Shown here piece by piece: positions 27,326 through 36,959 of a DNA stretch of 64,000 nt (positions are counted from its first letter, which is position 1; the number at the start of each line of letters is the position of its first letter). The notes below the pieces were generated by a model, which searched no databases, was not told the DNA's origin, and saw only the letters and a program-made list of their open reading frames with translations. Origin of the DNA: Patescibacteria group bacterium (GTDB lineage Bacteria; Patescibacteriota; Patescibacteriia; UBA9934). The stretch spans positions 224,992 through 288,991 of the forward strand of contig JBAQTB010000001.1 of assembly GCA_049296775.1 (NCBI GenBank). The letters run 5' to 3'. A program made the position numbers and the translations under genes.

Positions 27326-28810
27326 CTAAGAGCCAACGTACAGACGTTGTTTGATTAATTCCAAGTCTTTTTGGAGCTTTTCATCCGTATCGACCATGCC
27401 GGCGATTTTGGTGTGAGCGTGCATAGCGGTGGTGTGATCGCGGCCGCCGAGTTCTGTGCCAATGGTTGGATATGAACTCTTCATCTCTTCTCTTAGAAGG
27501 TACATGATGATTTGGCGTGGGAAGGCTAAACGCTTTTCTCGACTTTTACCCAGAACTTCTTCCAGACTGATATCGAAATATTCAGCGACCACCTGAATAA
27601 CTTGTTTGGGAGTAACGGTTTTCTTGATATTTTCCGCTTCAAAGCTAGCAACGATGGGCTTGATGCTTTCAAGAGTCGGTTCCATGTTGCGGAATTGGTG
27701 GATCGCCGAAATTTTATTCAGAGCACCTTCTAGCTCACGCACATTAGAAGAGATGCTAGAGGCAATGTACTGGAGGATCTCGCGACTCAAATTAAAGCCA
27801 CGTTCTAGACATTTCTTTTGCAAAATCGCAATCCTGGTTTCTAGGTCTGGTGTACCGACGTCGACTAACATGCCCCACTCCAGGCGTGATTGTAAGCGTT
27901 TTTCCAGTCCCGCAATTGATTTTGGGGGTCGGTCAGAAGAAATCACGATTTGGCGATTTTCTTGATGTAAAGAATTGAAAGTATGGAAGAACTCCTCTTG
28001 AGTCCCCTCTTTACCGGTAATAAATTGAATGTCATCAATGAGTAAAAGGTCGACGTTGCGATAACGATCTTTAAATTCTTTACCTTTTCCAGCTCTAACG
28101 GAATGGATGAAGTCATTCGTGAAGTGTTCACAAGTGACGTACATGATACGAGCGGAAGACCAGCGGCGTTTAATTTCATTAGCAATGGCGTGGAGCAGGT
28201 GAGTTTTACCCAGTCCGACTCCACCGTAAATGAACAAGGGGTTATACGTGCCACCGGGTTGAGCAGCGACGGCTTGGGCCGCAGCGTGAGCGAGTTCATT
28301 TTGCTTACCCACGACAAAAGTTTGGAAAGTGTAATTGGGATTAATTGTAATGTTGCCAGATGGTGGCGCCATTTCTACCGCGCCGGTTTGGACAAAGCCG
28401 TAGTCTTCTTGAGTTGAGCCGCCGGCGTGGGCTGGCATTTTCGATTCAATGACGAGTGGTTGTGGGTCAATGGGTTTAGTTTCTACGCGGCAAGTCAGGC
28501 TGCGGACGGGTTGATCAGTAATGTTTTGTACGGCTTCCACGATATCGCGGAAAAACTTCTTCTCAAGCCAAGACTGCGCTAATGAATTGGGAACGGCAAT
28601 GACGATCTCTCCACTGCGGTATTCGCTAACAAAAGTATTGCGAAACCAGGTGGTGAAATTGGCCTTGCTCATTTTGAGCTCGAGCTGTCCGAGTACGGCT
28701 TCCCAAAGTTCATGAGTGTTCATAGTTGGGGCGAAGAAGCTAATCACCTGGGTGGACCGACAACAAGGTTCGGCGTAGACGATTTGCCACATCATAACCA
28801 ATTTGTCCAC
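27326..28810 (-). CDS. dnaA: chromosomal replication initiator protein DnaA
   Basis: AAA+ Walker A GGVGLGKTHLL, box VII and a C-terminal HTH. Probable true start at MNTHELWEAVL (~28722). Confidence 0.95.
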   Translation of the reverse strand: MDKLVMMWQIVYAEPCCRSTQVISFFAPTMNTHELWEAVLGQLELKMSKANFTTWFRNTFVSEYRSGEIVIAVPNSLAQSWLEKKFFRDIVEAVQNITDQPVRSLTCRVETKPIDPQPLVIESKMPAHAGGSTQEDYGFVQTGAVEMAPPSGNITINPNYTFQTFVVGKQNELAHAAAQAVAAQPGGTYNPLFIYGGVGLGKTHLLHAIANEIKRRWSSARIMYVTCEHFTNDFIHSVRAGKGKEFKDRYRNVDLLLIDDIQFITGKEGTQEEFFHTFNSLHQENRQIVISSDRPPKSIAGLEKRLQSRLEWGMLVDVGTPDLETRIAILQKKCLERGFNLSREILQYIASSISSNVRELEGALNKISAIHQFRNMEPTLESIKPIVASFEAENIKKTVTPKQVIQVVAEYFDISLEEVLGKSREKRLAFPRQIIMYLLREEMKSSYPTIGTELGGRDHTTAMHAHTKIAGMVDTDEKLQKDLELIKQRLYVGS

Positions 28811-29089
28811 AGCCTACAAACAGGCAAAAGTGAATGAATGGTGGATGGAAATGGGGATAAGTAGGCAATATCTGGGGATAAGACCGGAAGTTATGCACAT
28901 TTTCACTGTAAAAGCTGTCAAGAATCGTGGTTTAATAGATGATGTAATTGTGACCCTGTTTAGACGTAGGCCGGGTATGGCCGTCGGCTAAAACTAGTCA
29001 CTAGAGCCCTAAGAGGCTAAAAGTCCGCCCAGTCAGGAGCGAATATTTGACATTTTTCAACGGGAGCCTTATGCTCTCAGCACTTTTCT

Positions 29090-29242
29090 ATGCCTAAGCG
29101 CACATATCAACCTAAAAAGCGCAGACGCGCCAAGGTACAAGGCTTTCGCCAGCGCATGAAGACCAAAGACGGCCGAGCCGTTCTGAAGCGTCGTCGTGCA
29201 AAGGGCCGCAAGCGTCTAACTTTGACCGCCCGTCCCCGCTAG
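29090..29242 (+). CDS. rpmH: 50S ribosomal protein L34 (not in supplied ORF track; <60 aa)
   Basis: Translates to [50 protein letters not shown]. Divergent from dnaA and immediately upstream of rnpA. Confidence 0.9.
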   Translation: MPKRTYQPKKRRRAKVQGFRQRMKTKDGRAVLKRRRAKGRKRLTLTARPR

Positions 29243-29300
29243 AACATTGATAAATCCTGGCAGCAATGCTGGGATTTATTATTTGCAGTACACTATACGT

Positions 29301-29657
29301 ATGTTTTCTGATAAGCACAGATTGCGTCACGATCAAGACATTGCCAGAGTTCTTAAGTCTAAGAAGAGCGTTTTTGATGCTGCCGCTGGACTTAAGTACG
29401 CGGTTAACGAAAAAGCTCACAATCGCGTCACGGTGGTGGTGGGGATTAAGGTAAGTAAGAATGCTACAGACAGAAACAGAGTTAAACGTCAGTATCGGGA
29501 AATCGTCCGGTTATTGATGCCTGACTTGAAGACTGGCTTTGATATTATCATTTTAGTCTCAAAACCAGCTCTGGCTTTAGATTATGAACAAAAGCGGACA
29601 CGCCTTACGCAAGTTTTCAAAAAATCCGGTTTACTCCAAGCTTCAGCAAGAAGTTAG
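29301..29657 (+). CDS. rnpA: ribonuclease P protein component
   Basis: KVSKNATDRNRVKRQYREIVR motif. The ORF track begins at TTG 29247, but the ATG at 29301 (MFSDKHRLRH) fits the family length. Confidence 0.8.
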   Translation: MFSDKHRLRHDQDIARVLKSKKSVFDAAAGLKYAVNEKAHNRVTVVVGIKVSKNATDRNRVKRQYREIVRLLMPDLKTGFDIIILVSKPALALDYEQKRTRLTQVFKKSGLLQASARS

Positions 29658-29661
29658 GAAG

Positions 29662-29883
29662 GTGGCGGTTTTACCGATTGTAGCGTATCAACATACGCTA
29701 TCTTTCGATCACGGCCCGTTAAAAGGTTTATATCCGTACGGGTACTGCAAGTTTTATCCTAGCTGTTCGGAATATTGTCGCCAGGCGGTGTTAAAAGATG
29801 GGATTCTAAAGGGCTATTCCAAAGGCGCCTGGAGAATCGTACGCTGTAATCCCCTATCACAAGGCGGGATCGACAAGCCGTAA
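29662..29883 (+). CDS. yidD: membrane protein insertion efficiency factor YidD
   Basis: YQHTLS...CKFYPSCSEYCRQAV...GAWRIVRCNPLSQGGID matches the YidD signature. The ORF track start 29584 overlaps rnpA by 74 nt. The GTG at 29662 gives a typical 73-aa product, but the start is uncertain. Confidence 0.7.
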   Translation: MAVLPIVAYQHTLSFDHGPLKGLYPYGYCKFYPSCSEYCRQAVLKDGILKGYSKGAWRIVRCNPLSQGGIDKP

Positions 29884-30117
29884 CAGATCGATGCTATCCG
29901 GGACTTCAAGATGTTTGACGCGGCTGTTATGGCCGCGTTTGAGGTTGATAAAGGTTTTGGCGAGGTTGAGTTTTTCAGAGAGAAACTCAACGAGTTCTTC
30001 GTTGGCACGACCTTCCGTAGCTGGGGCATGCAGGGTGATAACAAAAGTATGCTCGTCCAGTTTAGAGACGACTTTGGTGAGTTTGGCGTTGGGTTTAACG
30101 TGAATGATGAGCAACAT
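29857..30117 (-). CDS. DUF167/YggU-family small protein
   Basis: VKPNAKLTKVV...ITLHAPATEGRANEELVEFLSEKLNLAKTFINLKRGHNSRVK matches the YggU pattern. Convergent with yidD, overlapping it by 27 nt. Confidence 0.65.
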   Translation of the reverse strand: MLLIIHVKPNAKLTKVVSKLDEHTFVITLHAPATEGRANEELVEFLSEKLNLAKTFINLKRGHNSRVKHLEVPDSIDLLRLVDPAL

Positions 30118-30120
30118 GGG

Positions 30121-30972
30121 CTAGCCGCGGAATTTTTTCAGTAGCTCTAAGTCGGCCAGACGCGGGTCATTAGCCACACCTTCTTTTTCGTACGGAGTTT
30201 CTAGAATGAGGTCGAGATGTTGGAGATCTGGGTGTTGGACGATAAATTTAAAAGCGTCTTGCCCCATGGTGCCGTGGCCTAAGTGCTCGTGTCGGTCTTT
30301 ATGTGAGCCAAATTCAACCTTGGAGTCATTGCAATGACTTGCTACGAGTTTATTTAAGCCGATGGTTTTATCGAAAAGTTTGAAAGTGTTATTGACTCCC
30401 TCTTTAGTACGCAAATCGTAACCAGAGGCAAAGGCGTGCTGCGTATCAAAACAAATACCAATGTCTTTACCACGCTCAGCGCCGTCGACAAAGGCCGCCA
30501 GCTCTTCAAAAGTATCGCCCATGACCGCGCCGGCCCCCGCTGAGATCTCAATCAGTAGCTGACAGGAGCCGGTATAGCCATCCATAATGCGGTTTAGACC
30601 CTCAATGACCTTGTCTACACCTGCGGCTTGCCCAAGCTCTTTGGCAGAACCTGGGTGAAACATCATGGCAGTGACCCCAAGCTGACTACAGCGATCTAGC
30701 TCATCTTTGAGCATAGAGACTGAGCCGTGACGGGTGCGGTTATTGCCAGAAGCTAGGTTAATCAAATACGGAGCATGCACATATGCTCGCTGTATGCCTT
30801 GTTCTTTCAGGGTGAGTTTGAATTTCTCCGCATCGTCTGGAGTGATGGGCTTAGCACTCCAGCTTTGCGGTGGTCGACTAAAAAATTGGATCACCTCACA
30901 GCCTAGCGCAGCCCCGTGAATAGGTGCGTTCCAAGGTCCCCCAGCCGCAGATACATGAGCTCCAAATAACAT
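30121..30972 (-). CDS. nfo: deoxyribonuclease IV (endonuclease IV, AP endonuclease family 2)
   Basis: MLFGAHVSAAGG, HAPYLINL, FHPGS and CFDTQHAFASGYD are metal-ligand motifs of Nfo. Confidence 0.9.
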   Translation of the reverse strand: MLFGAHVSAAGGPWNAPIHGAALGCEVIQFFSRPPQSWSAKPITPDDAEKFKLTLKEQGIQRAYVHAPYLINLASGNNRTRHGSVSMLKDELDRCSQLGVTAMMFHPGSAKELGQAAGVDKVIEGLNRIMDGYTGSCQLLIEISAGAGAVMGDTFEELAAFVDGAERGKDIGICFDTQHAFASGYDLRTKEGVNNTFKLFDKTIGLNKLVASHCNDSKVEFGSHKDRHEHLGHGTMGQDAFKFIVQHPDLQHLDLILETPYEKEGVANDPRLADLELLKKFRG

Positions 30973-31022
30973 ATAATTTTAGTCTAAATGAGAAAGTTGA
31001 AAATGGAAAGAGCTATAACCTA

Positions 31023-31541
31023 TCATTTCTTACGATTTATCTTGTAGCCGATTTCGGGTTTTTGGTCTTCTTCGATCGTTAGTACTTTTCTAAGTGCATC
31101 GAAAACAATTTTGAATTGGTCGTTGTAGTGTTTCTCGAGGAACTCGATTTTGTGATTAAGGTCGCTGTTGCTCGTGGCTAGATCGCGAAGCGTGATGAAT
31201 GTTCGGATGATTTGAATGTTGATAGCAATAGCTTCTTCGCTTTTTAATACGCTAGATAGCATTGCAACTCCGTGTTCTGTGAAGGCGAACGGCTGATGAC
31301 GTAAACCCATTTTATCTGAATTGGAGGTCACAAATTGTGACCTCCAATTTGCGAGTTCATCTTTTGTTAGTTGAAACATGAAATCCTTAGGAAATCGATC
31401 AGCATTGCGCCTAATGGTTTGTTTAAAGACTTTTGTGCTTACTTTATAAAGTCTAGCTAAATCTCGATCTAACATGACTTTTAGACCTCGGATGACAAAT
31501 ATTTTATTTTCAATTAACTCAGCCGGCATCAGACTCTCCAT
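31023..31541 (-). CDS. ORF6N-domain (KilA-N-like) protein
   Basis: The stretch IFVIRGLKVMLDRDLARLYKVSTKVFKQTIRRNADRFPKDFMFQLT is a canonical ORF6N domain. Confidence 0.7.
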   Translation of the reverse strand: MESLMPAELIENKIFVIRGLKVMLDRDLARLYKVSTKVFKQTIRRNADRFPKDFMFQLTKDELANWRSQFVTSNSDKMGLRHQPFAFTEHGVAMLSSVLKSEEAIAINIQIIRTFITLRDLATSNSDLNHKIEFLEKHYNDQFKIVFDALRKVLTIEEDQKPEIGYKINRKK

Positions 31542-31629
31542 ATATCTTCGAGGTCACAAATTATGAACTCAGCTTCATGCCTTTAAGTGTAGCCTTGCTT
31601 AACTGAAAAAACAACGCGTCTGCCCTTAA

Positions 31630-31660
31630 AACAAAACGAGCCTTGCGGCTCGTGTTTTGC
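31630..31660 (-). terminator. rho-independent terminator downstream of tig (hairpin ACGAGCC-GCAA-GGCTCGT followed by TTTTGTTTT on minus strand)
   Basis: Perfect 7-bp stem with a GNRA loop and a U-rich tail. Confidence 0.7.
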
Positions 31661-32950
31661 TTACTTCACCATTTTAGCTTTTAAGAAATCGACGGTTTTG
31701 CGGTTTCTTAATTGTGCTTCAATGCGGTCGCGATACTCTGGGCTAAAGATATGTTCCTTAGCGGCTGGATCTTTGGCTACGGCGGCTCCGATGCGATCAA
31801 CTTCGGCATCAATCTCTGTTTCAGTTGGAGCGATCTTTTCTTCTTTGGCGACAGTCTCCAGAATCAGCGCGACTTTGATGCGGATCAGGGCCTGTTTAGC
31901 AAAATCGAGTTTAAGATCAGGGACGGATTTCTTAACGGATTGAAGATATTCGTCGAACTCCATGCCATTTTGGGTCACCCACTGGCGGAGTTCAAAGATC
32001 ATCTTGTCGATTTCTTGGTTTAATAAGAGGTCGCTAATGACTGGAAAACTGGATTTTTCTGCTAAAAGTTCTAGCACGGCCTTTTCTTGGCGACGATTTT
32101 CTTGCTCAGTTTTCTCGTCTTGGAGATTTTCACGGAGCTTAGTCTCAAGTTCGGCGAGATTTTTAAAGCCGAGGGCGGTGGCAAAAGTTTCATCGTAGGC
32201 TGGTGCTTCTAGGGTATGGATCTCATTGATTTTAACAGTGAAATCTACAGCCTCACCGGCAAGATGTTTCTGATAATGATCCTTAGGGAATTTGAGAGCA
32301 AAGGCTCGCTCCTCCCCTTCTTTGGCGCCAAGAATTTGCTCAATGAAACCAGCGATGTAATATTCTTCGCCGGTGTAGATGCCATGGTTTTGAGCTTCGC
32401 CACCTTCCAGGGTGACACCGTTACGTTTCATGGTCATGTTGACCACGGTTTTATCACCCTTTTTGAGAGCCTGATCCGCCACGGCCCGAACTTCAGTGGT
32501 CCGCATGCGCAGCAGATCTTTTTTGGCTTGTTCAAAAATTTCATCGTTGGCATTAGCACTTTCTGCTGAAACGGACAGGTTATTGTAATCGGCGAGTTTG
32601 GTCACTTCTGGCATGAGGGCGATTTCGGCAGAGTAGATGAGCTCGTTGCCAGGCACCATTTTCTCCATGGTGAAGTATGGTTGGCCAACAATGTTTAAAT
32701 CTTCTTCAATCAAAGCAGCAGATAAAGTGGCCCTGATAATCTCTTCCGCGGCGTGTTCTAAAAGTTTCATTTCACCAATGCGCTCTTTGATAACTTCATA
32801 AGAGGCCTTGCCTGGGCGGAAGCCTGGGATTTTGGTGTCTTCTGTCATGTGCTCAGCGGCGTGGCGCATGCCGCGTTCGACTTGTTCGACGGGTACAGTG
32901 ACCGTAATCTTAACTTGACCTTCGTTTAAGCGCTCGAGTTTGTGAGACAT
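31661..32950 (-). CDS. tig: trigger factor
   Basis: 429 aa with a ribosome-binding N-terminal domain, a central PPIase-like domain and a C-terminal arm. Confidence 0.85.
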   Translation of the reverse strand: MSHKLERLNEGQVKITVTVPVEQVERGMRHAAEHMTEDTKIPGFRPGKASYEVIKERIGEMKLLEHAAEEIIRATLSAALIEEDLNIVGQPYFTMEKMVPGNELIYSAEIALMPEVTKLADYNNLSVSAESANANDEIFEQAKKDLLRMRTTEVRAVADQALKKGDKTVVNMTMKRNGVTLEGGEAQNHGIYTGEEYYIAGFIEQILGAKEGEERAFALKFPKDHYQKHLAGEAVDFTVKINEIHTLEAPAYDETFATALGFKNLAELETKLRENLQDEKTEQENRRQEKAVLELLAEKSSFPVISDLLLNQEIDKMIFELRQWVTQNGMEFDEYLQSVKKSVPDLKLDFAKQALIRIKVALILETVAKEEKIAPTETEIDAEVDRIGAAVAKDPAAKEHIFSPEYRDRIEAQLRNRKTVDFLKAKMVK

Positions 32951-33047
32951 AACGATACAGAAAAATGAGTTTGCAGAGTGTAGGCTATTTGGCTAACTAC
33001 GTCAACGCTTTTGTCTAAAGTTGGCCAAATTGTTGTTTATATCTTTT

Positions 33048-33076
33048 GACCACTAGGGTAAAATGCGGTACACTGA
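33048..33076 (+). promoter_or_regulatory. putative promoter TTGACC-17-TACACT upstream of the M23 peptidase gene
   Basis: The sequence TTGACCACTAGGGTAAAATGCGGTACACT carries -35 and -10 elements. Confidence 0.4.
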
Positions 33077-33187
33077 CTAATGCACATTGTAGTTATGGTC
33101 GGTCGTGCTTAGTTTTAAAAAGCCCATATTCCAAATACACGAACGCCTCTCTATGTCCGCGTAGGTCTCGAGCTGATTCGTGGCCTA

Positions 33188-34498
33188 GTGCGTCTCAAAG
33201 CCATTGTGATTACTTTGGTTGGTTTAGTGTTGGCCTTATTTAGACCGCTTGGTAGGTCTGTGATTCGACACTTGATTTTGCCAGTTTACGGCGTAATTTA
33301 CGGTTTACGGAGGCGCATGGGGAATTTTTACCGACCGGCTAAGAACCGGGTCATGTTTTTGTTGACTAATCGTTACGCTGTACATGTGGTGGTGATTGGC
33401 GTGGCCTGTGTGGCCGGAACAGTCAATTTTGGTTTAGGTAAAGTGCGCGCTGAATCGGATTCATTTGGACAGCGGAGTATTTTGTACAGCATTGTGACTA
33501 ACCAAGAGTTGGAAGTGATTGAAGAGTACGCCACTTTTGGTACGGCCAGTGACTATATCGCAGTCAGTTCTTATGGCGACGACGGTTTGCGCGCGCCAAT
33601 TGGTGGCAGTGTGGCCATTGACCCAACTACGTCTATGCCTGGTTTGAGTCAGAGTGGTTTGGCGTTGTCTCCGATTACTACTGCTGAACCTTTGGCAACA
33701 CCAGCGGCGCCACGTACGGAGATTGAGAAATACGTGGTTGATACTGGTGATACGTTGTCTACCATCTCTCAGCACTTTGGGATTTCTTTGAATACCTTAT
33801 TGTGGGCGAATAACTTAACGGTTAGATCGGTCATTAAGCCAGGTATGGAATTGACGATTTTGCCGGTAACTGGCGTGCAGCATGCGGTTAAGAACGGTGA
33901 AACGTTGTCTGCGATTGCTAAGAAGTACGGCGTGGGTACAGACGTAATTTTGACCGCGAATAACTTGGAAAGTGCCAACGCCTTGAAGATTGGCCAGAGT
34001 TTATTAGTGCCAGGCGGACAGGTTATTGCACCGGCGCCAAGTAGTCGTCCAGTAGCGGTACGAGATATTTTCACCACAGCCCCCGTGGGTTCAGGCGGCT
34101 CTACGATTACTAATCCAGGCGCTAAAATGGTGTGGCCCACGGACTTACGTTACATTGTGCGCGGTTTGAGCTACGTGCACACGGGTGTAGACATTGACTG
34201 TAACGGACGCGCCAACGGTACGTCTACCAATGACAACTACGCTGCTATGGACGGGATTGTGCAGTTTTCTGGTTCAAAATCTGGTTACGGTTATGCCGTT
34301 GAGATTGACCACGGCAATGGTCTCGTGACACGTTACGGCCACTTCCATACTCTGTACGTGAGTAAAGGAGCGGTGGTGACAGCAGGTACGCCACTTGGCC
34401 GCTGTGGTTCAACAGGAAATTCCACCGGTACCCACTTGCACTTTGAAGTTATCGCTAACGGTAGCTTCAAGAACCCGGCTAACTATCTAGGTTACTAA
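33188..34498 (+). CDS. M23-family metallopeptidase with two LysM domains and N-terminal membrane anchor
   Basis: LysM motifs YVVDTGDTLSTISQHFGISLNTLLWANNL and AVKNGETLSAIAKKYGVGTDVILTANNL. M23 motifs HTGVDID and GSTGNSTGTHLHFEV. Confidence 0.9.
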   Translation: MRLKAIVITLVGLVLALFRPLGRSVIRHLILPVYGVIYGLRRRMGNFYRPAKNRVMFLLTNRYAVHVVVIGVACVAGTVNFGLGKVRAESDSFGQRSILYSIVTNQELEVIEEYATFGTASDYIAVSSYGDDGLRAPIGGSVAIDPTTSMPGLSQSGLALSPITTAEPLATPAAPRTEIEKYVVDTGDTLSTISQHFGISLNTLLWANNLTVRSVIKPGMELTILPVTGVQHAVKNGETLSAIAKKYGVGTDVILTANNLESANALKIGQSLLVPGGQVIAPAPSSRPVAVRDIFTTAPVGSGGSTITNPGAKMVWPTDLRYIVRGLSYVHTGVDIDCNGRANGTSTNDNYAAMDGIVQFSGSKSGYGYAVEIDHGNGLVTRYGHFHTLYVSKGAVVTAGTPLGRCGSTGNSTGTHLHFEVIANGSFKNPANYLGY

Positions 34499-34505
34499 GT
34501 CCTGC

Positions 34506-34535
34506 AAACACCGTGCCAGAGCACGGTGTTTGTGT
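34506..34535. terminator. bidirectional terminator hairpin (AAACACCGTGC-CAGA-GCACGGTGTTT)
   Basis: Perfect 11-bp stem between convergent genes. Confidence 0.7.
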
Positions 34536-36125
34536 TTACGTGCGTAAATCTTTCGGCCTGTATTGTAAGGCTTCGGCCAAGTGGTTAGAGTTCAGAGTCT
34601 CGGATTCGGCCAGATCAGCAATGGTTCTCGCGACCTTGAGTACGCGTGTATAAGCTCTAGCTGATAAAGCTAATTTGTTAACGGCGCTAGTCATGAGGGC
34701 TTGGCCGGCTTCATCAAGCTGACAGTATTGCCGTAGTTCAGGTGATTGTAATTCAGAATTAGTGTCGATATTCAGCTCGTGATAGCGGTGTGATTGTAAC
34801 TGTCTTGCGGCCAGAACGCGGGCACGGATTGCTGCAGAAGATTCACCTAGTGCAGCTTGTGAGAGTTTTTCAATGTCTATCCGTGGTACTTCCGTAATAA
34901 TATCGATCCTGTCTAATAATGGTCCGGAAATTTTGTTTTGATACTTGATGATTTGTTGTGGATTGCAGCTGCAATGACGTTTTTGATCGTGCAGATAGCC
35001 GCAGGGACATGGATTCATGGCTGCGACCAACATAAAGCGGGCCGGATACTCAAAGGTGCCGTGCGCGCGTGACACAGTAATAATCCCATCTTCAAGGGGT
35101 TGCCGGAGATTTTCTAAAACTTGTCTAGAAAATTCTGGGAATTCATCCAGAAACAGAATGCCACGATGCGCTAAGCTAATTTCGCCTGGCTTTGCCCAGG
35201 CACCACCGCCAACCAGAGCGACACCGCTGGCGGTATGGTGCGGAGTGCGGAACGGTCGATCGGTGATCAAAGAATTTTGTTCATGCAGCTGGCCAGCCAC
35301 AGAGTGAATGGCCGTGACTTCCAGCATGTCTTCAAAGCTGAGGGCGGGTAAGAGTGACGGCAAAGCTCTGGCGAGCATGGTTTTGCCGCTCCCAGGTGAG
35401 CCGTACATGAGGAGATTGTGATTGCCGGCTGCGGCAATTTCTAAAGCCCGTTTGACCTGTTCTTGGCCGTGGATGTGGGCCATGTCATGATCTTCGTTTG
35501 GTTTGAATTGGAGGGTGCTAGGCGCTTGGGGCGTGAGTTTGTGGCCGTTTAGATAGGCTACGACTTCGTTCAAATGATTGGCGGCATACACCAGGAGATT
35601 TTTGACTAATGCGGCTTCTGCGGCATTACCAGCAGCCACAATGATGCAACTGTAACCTTGCGCTTTGGCCATGAGTGCAGTGAGCAAAATGCCGCGCACT
35701 GGTCTAACCGAGCCATCTAAGGCTAACTCACCAAGAAACAAGATATTTTGGCTATCAACCACGTTGTTTAGCTGATCACTAGCTCCAAGCAGGCTGATGG
35801 CAATGGCTAGATCATACATGGGGCCCTGCTTTTTGACGTCGGCCGGGGCCAGATTGACGGTGATAGCGGTACGCGGGAAGGCGAGGCCACTATTTTTGAT
35901 GGCCGCCCTCACCCGTTCTCTCGATTCACTGACGGCCGCATCTGGTAAGCCGACAACGGTGAAACGCGGTAAACCGTTACTAATATCGGTTTCAACTCTG
36001 ACAGGTACGGCTTTAAGGCCAACCAAAGTGGAGGCGTAAACAAAAGAAAAACCCATAACACAAAAATGTTTGGGGAGTTTTGGAATTAAGTTTGCCTCTG
36101 GCTGGGGATGCGTTGATCGTACCAA
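34536..36125 (-). CDS. comM: YifB/ComM-family Mg-chelatase-like AAA+ ATPase
   Basis: N-terminal Lon-like domain, Walker A GSPGSGKTM, and the MCM/chelatase fold. Probable start at MGFSFVYAST (~36056). Confidence 0.85.
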   Translation of the reverse strand: MVRSTHPQPEANLIPKLPKHFCVMGFSFVYASTLVGLKAVPVRVETDISNGLPRFTVVGLPDAAVSESRERVRAAIKNSGLAFPRTAITVNLAPADVKKQGPMYDLAIAISLLGASDQLNNVVDSQNILFLGELALDGSVRPVRGILLTALMAKAQGYSCIIVAAGNAAEAALVKNLLVYAANHLNEVVAYLNGHKLTPQAPSTLQFKPNEDHDMAHIHGQEQVKRALEIAAAGNHNLLMYGSPGSGKTMLARALPSLLPALSFEDMLEVTAIHSVAGQLHEQNSLITDRPFRTPHHTASGVALVGGGAWAKPGEISLAHRGILFLDEFPEFSRQVLENLRQPLEDGIITVSRAHGTFEYPARFMLVAAMNPCPCGYLHDQKRHCSCNPQQIIKYQNKISGPLLDRIDIITEVPRIDIEKLSQAALGESSAAIRARVLAARQLQSHRYHELNIDTNSELQSPELRQYCQLDEAGQALMTSAVNKLALSARAYTRVLKVARTIADLAESETLNSNHLAEALQYRPKDLRT

Positions 36126-36580
36126 AGTATACCGATGATGCCTACTAAGATAAGCACATCTGACAAATTGATAGCTGAAGTTCTAAATAAAATAATGTAA
36201 TCCGTGGTGAAATTATGGAGAATGCGGTCGATGCCGTTGCCGAGAGCTCCAACCACTGCGGTTAAAGCGGCCAGCGATTGCTTGGGCTTAGTCCCCCACT
36301 GTTTGTAGGCAATACGGGCAAAGATTAAGCAGATGAGGCCGGTAATCGGAATGACGACGCCGAGCGGAACGGGGATGTTAAAGGCGATGCCGAGATTTTT
36401 ATGCACGGCAAAATCCAAAATAGGCTGGAGTGGCGCGGCTTGTTCATCTGGCAGGTGACGCAGCGCGTAGCTTTTGAAGCCAGCGTCGAGAGCAGCAATT
36501 ACCAGCAAAAAGATCGGAATAATTAGCTTGAGCCCTTTCAAGCGTGAATTCTCGATCTGTGATGGCGCATCAAGCCTCAT
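36086..36580 (-). CDS. lspA: lipoprotein signal peptidase II
   Basis: Four TM helices. Motifs HKNLGIAFN, VVGALGNGIDR and INLSDVLILVG match LspA conserved boxes. Confidence 0.8.
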   Translation of the reverse strand: MRLDAPSQIENSRLKGLKLIIPIFLLVIAALDAGFKSYALRHLPDEQAAPLQPILDFAVHKNLGIAFNIPVPLGVVIPITGLICLIFARIAYKQWGTKPKQSLAALTAVVGALGNGIDRILHNFTTDYIILFRTSAINLSDVLILVGIIGILWYDQRIPSQRQT

Positions 36581-36581
36581 G

Positions 36582-36959
36582 CTAAACCTCTTGAGTCAAA
36601 GTTTTTTTACAGGCAATACAAGAAGTGGAAGTCGGGCGTGCGCGGAGTCTGTCTTCGGCAATATTTTGCTTGCAGTACTTACATACGCCGTAAGTGCCAG
36701 CATCGACAGCTTTTAAAGCAGATTCTACGTCTTTGAGGCCAGATTCAAGTTCTTGTTCAAGAGAAAGATTATCACCAAACTGAGCAATTTCAGAAGCATT
36801 TTCATCTTCTGAGGAGCCAAAATTATCATCCTGGACGGCAAAAGCATCATTTTGACCAGTTTGAGGTTTGCGGTGAGAAAGACCAGCTAATTCCGCTTCT
36901 AGTTTACTTTTTTCTACGGCTAGAGCAGTTTTCATCTCTTCGAAAAATCGAGTCTTCAT
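36582..36959 (-). CDS. DksA/TraR-family C4 zinc-finger protein
   Basis: Coiled-coil N-terminus and C-terminal CKYC...CIAC. Confidence 0.7.
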   Translation of the reverse strand: MKTRFFEEMKTALAVEKSKLEAELAGLSHRKPQTGQNDAFAVQDDNFGSSEDENASEIAQFGDNLSLEQELESGLKDVESALKAVDAGTYGVCKYCKQNIAEDRLRARPTSTSCIACKKTLTQEV

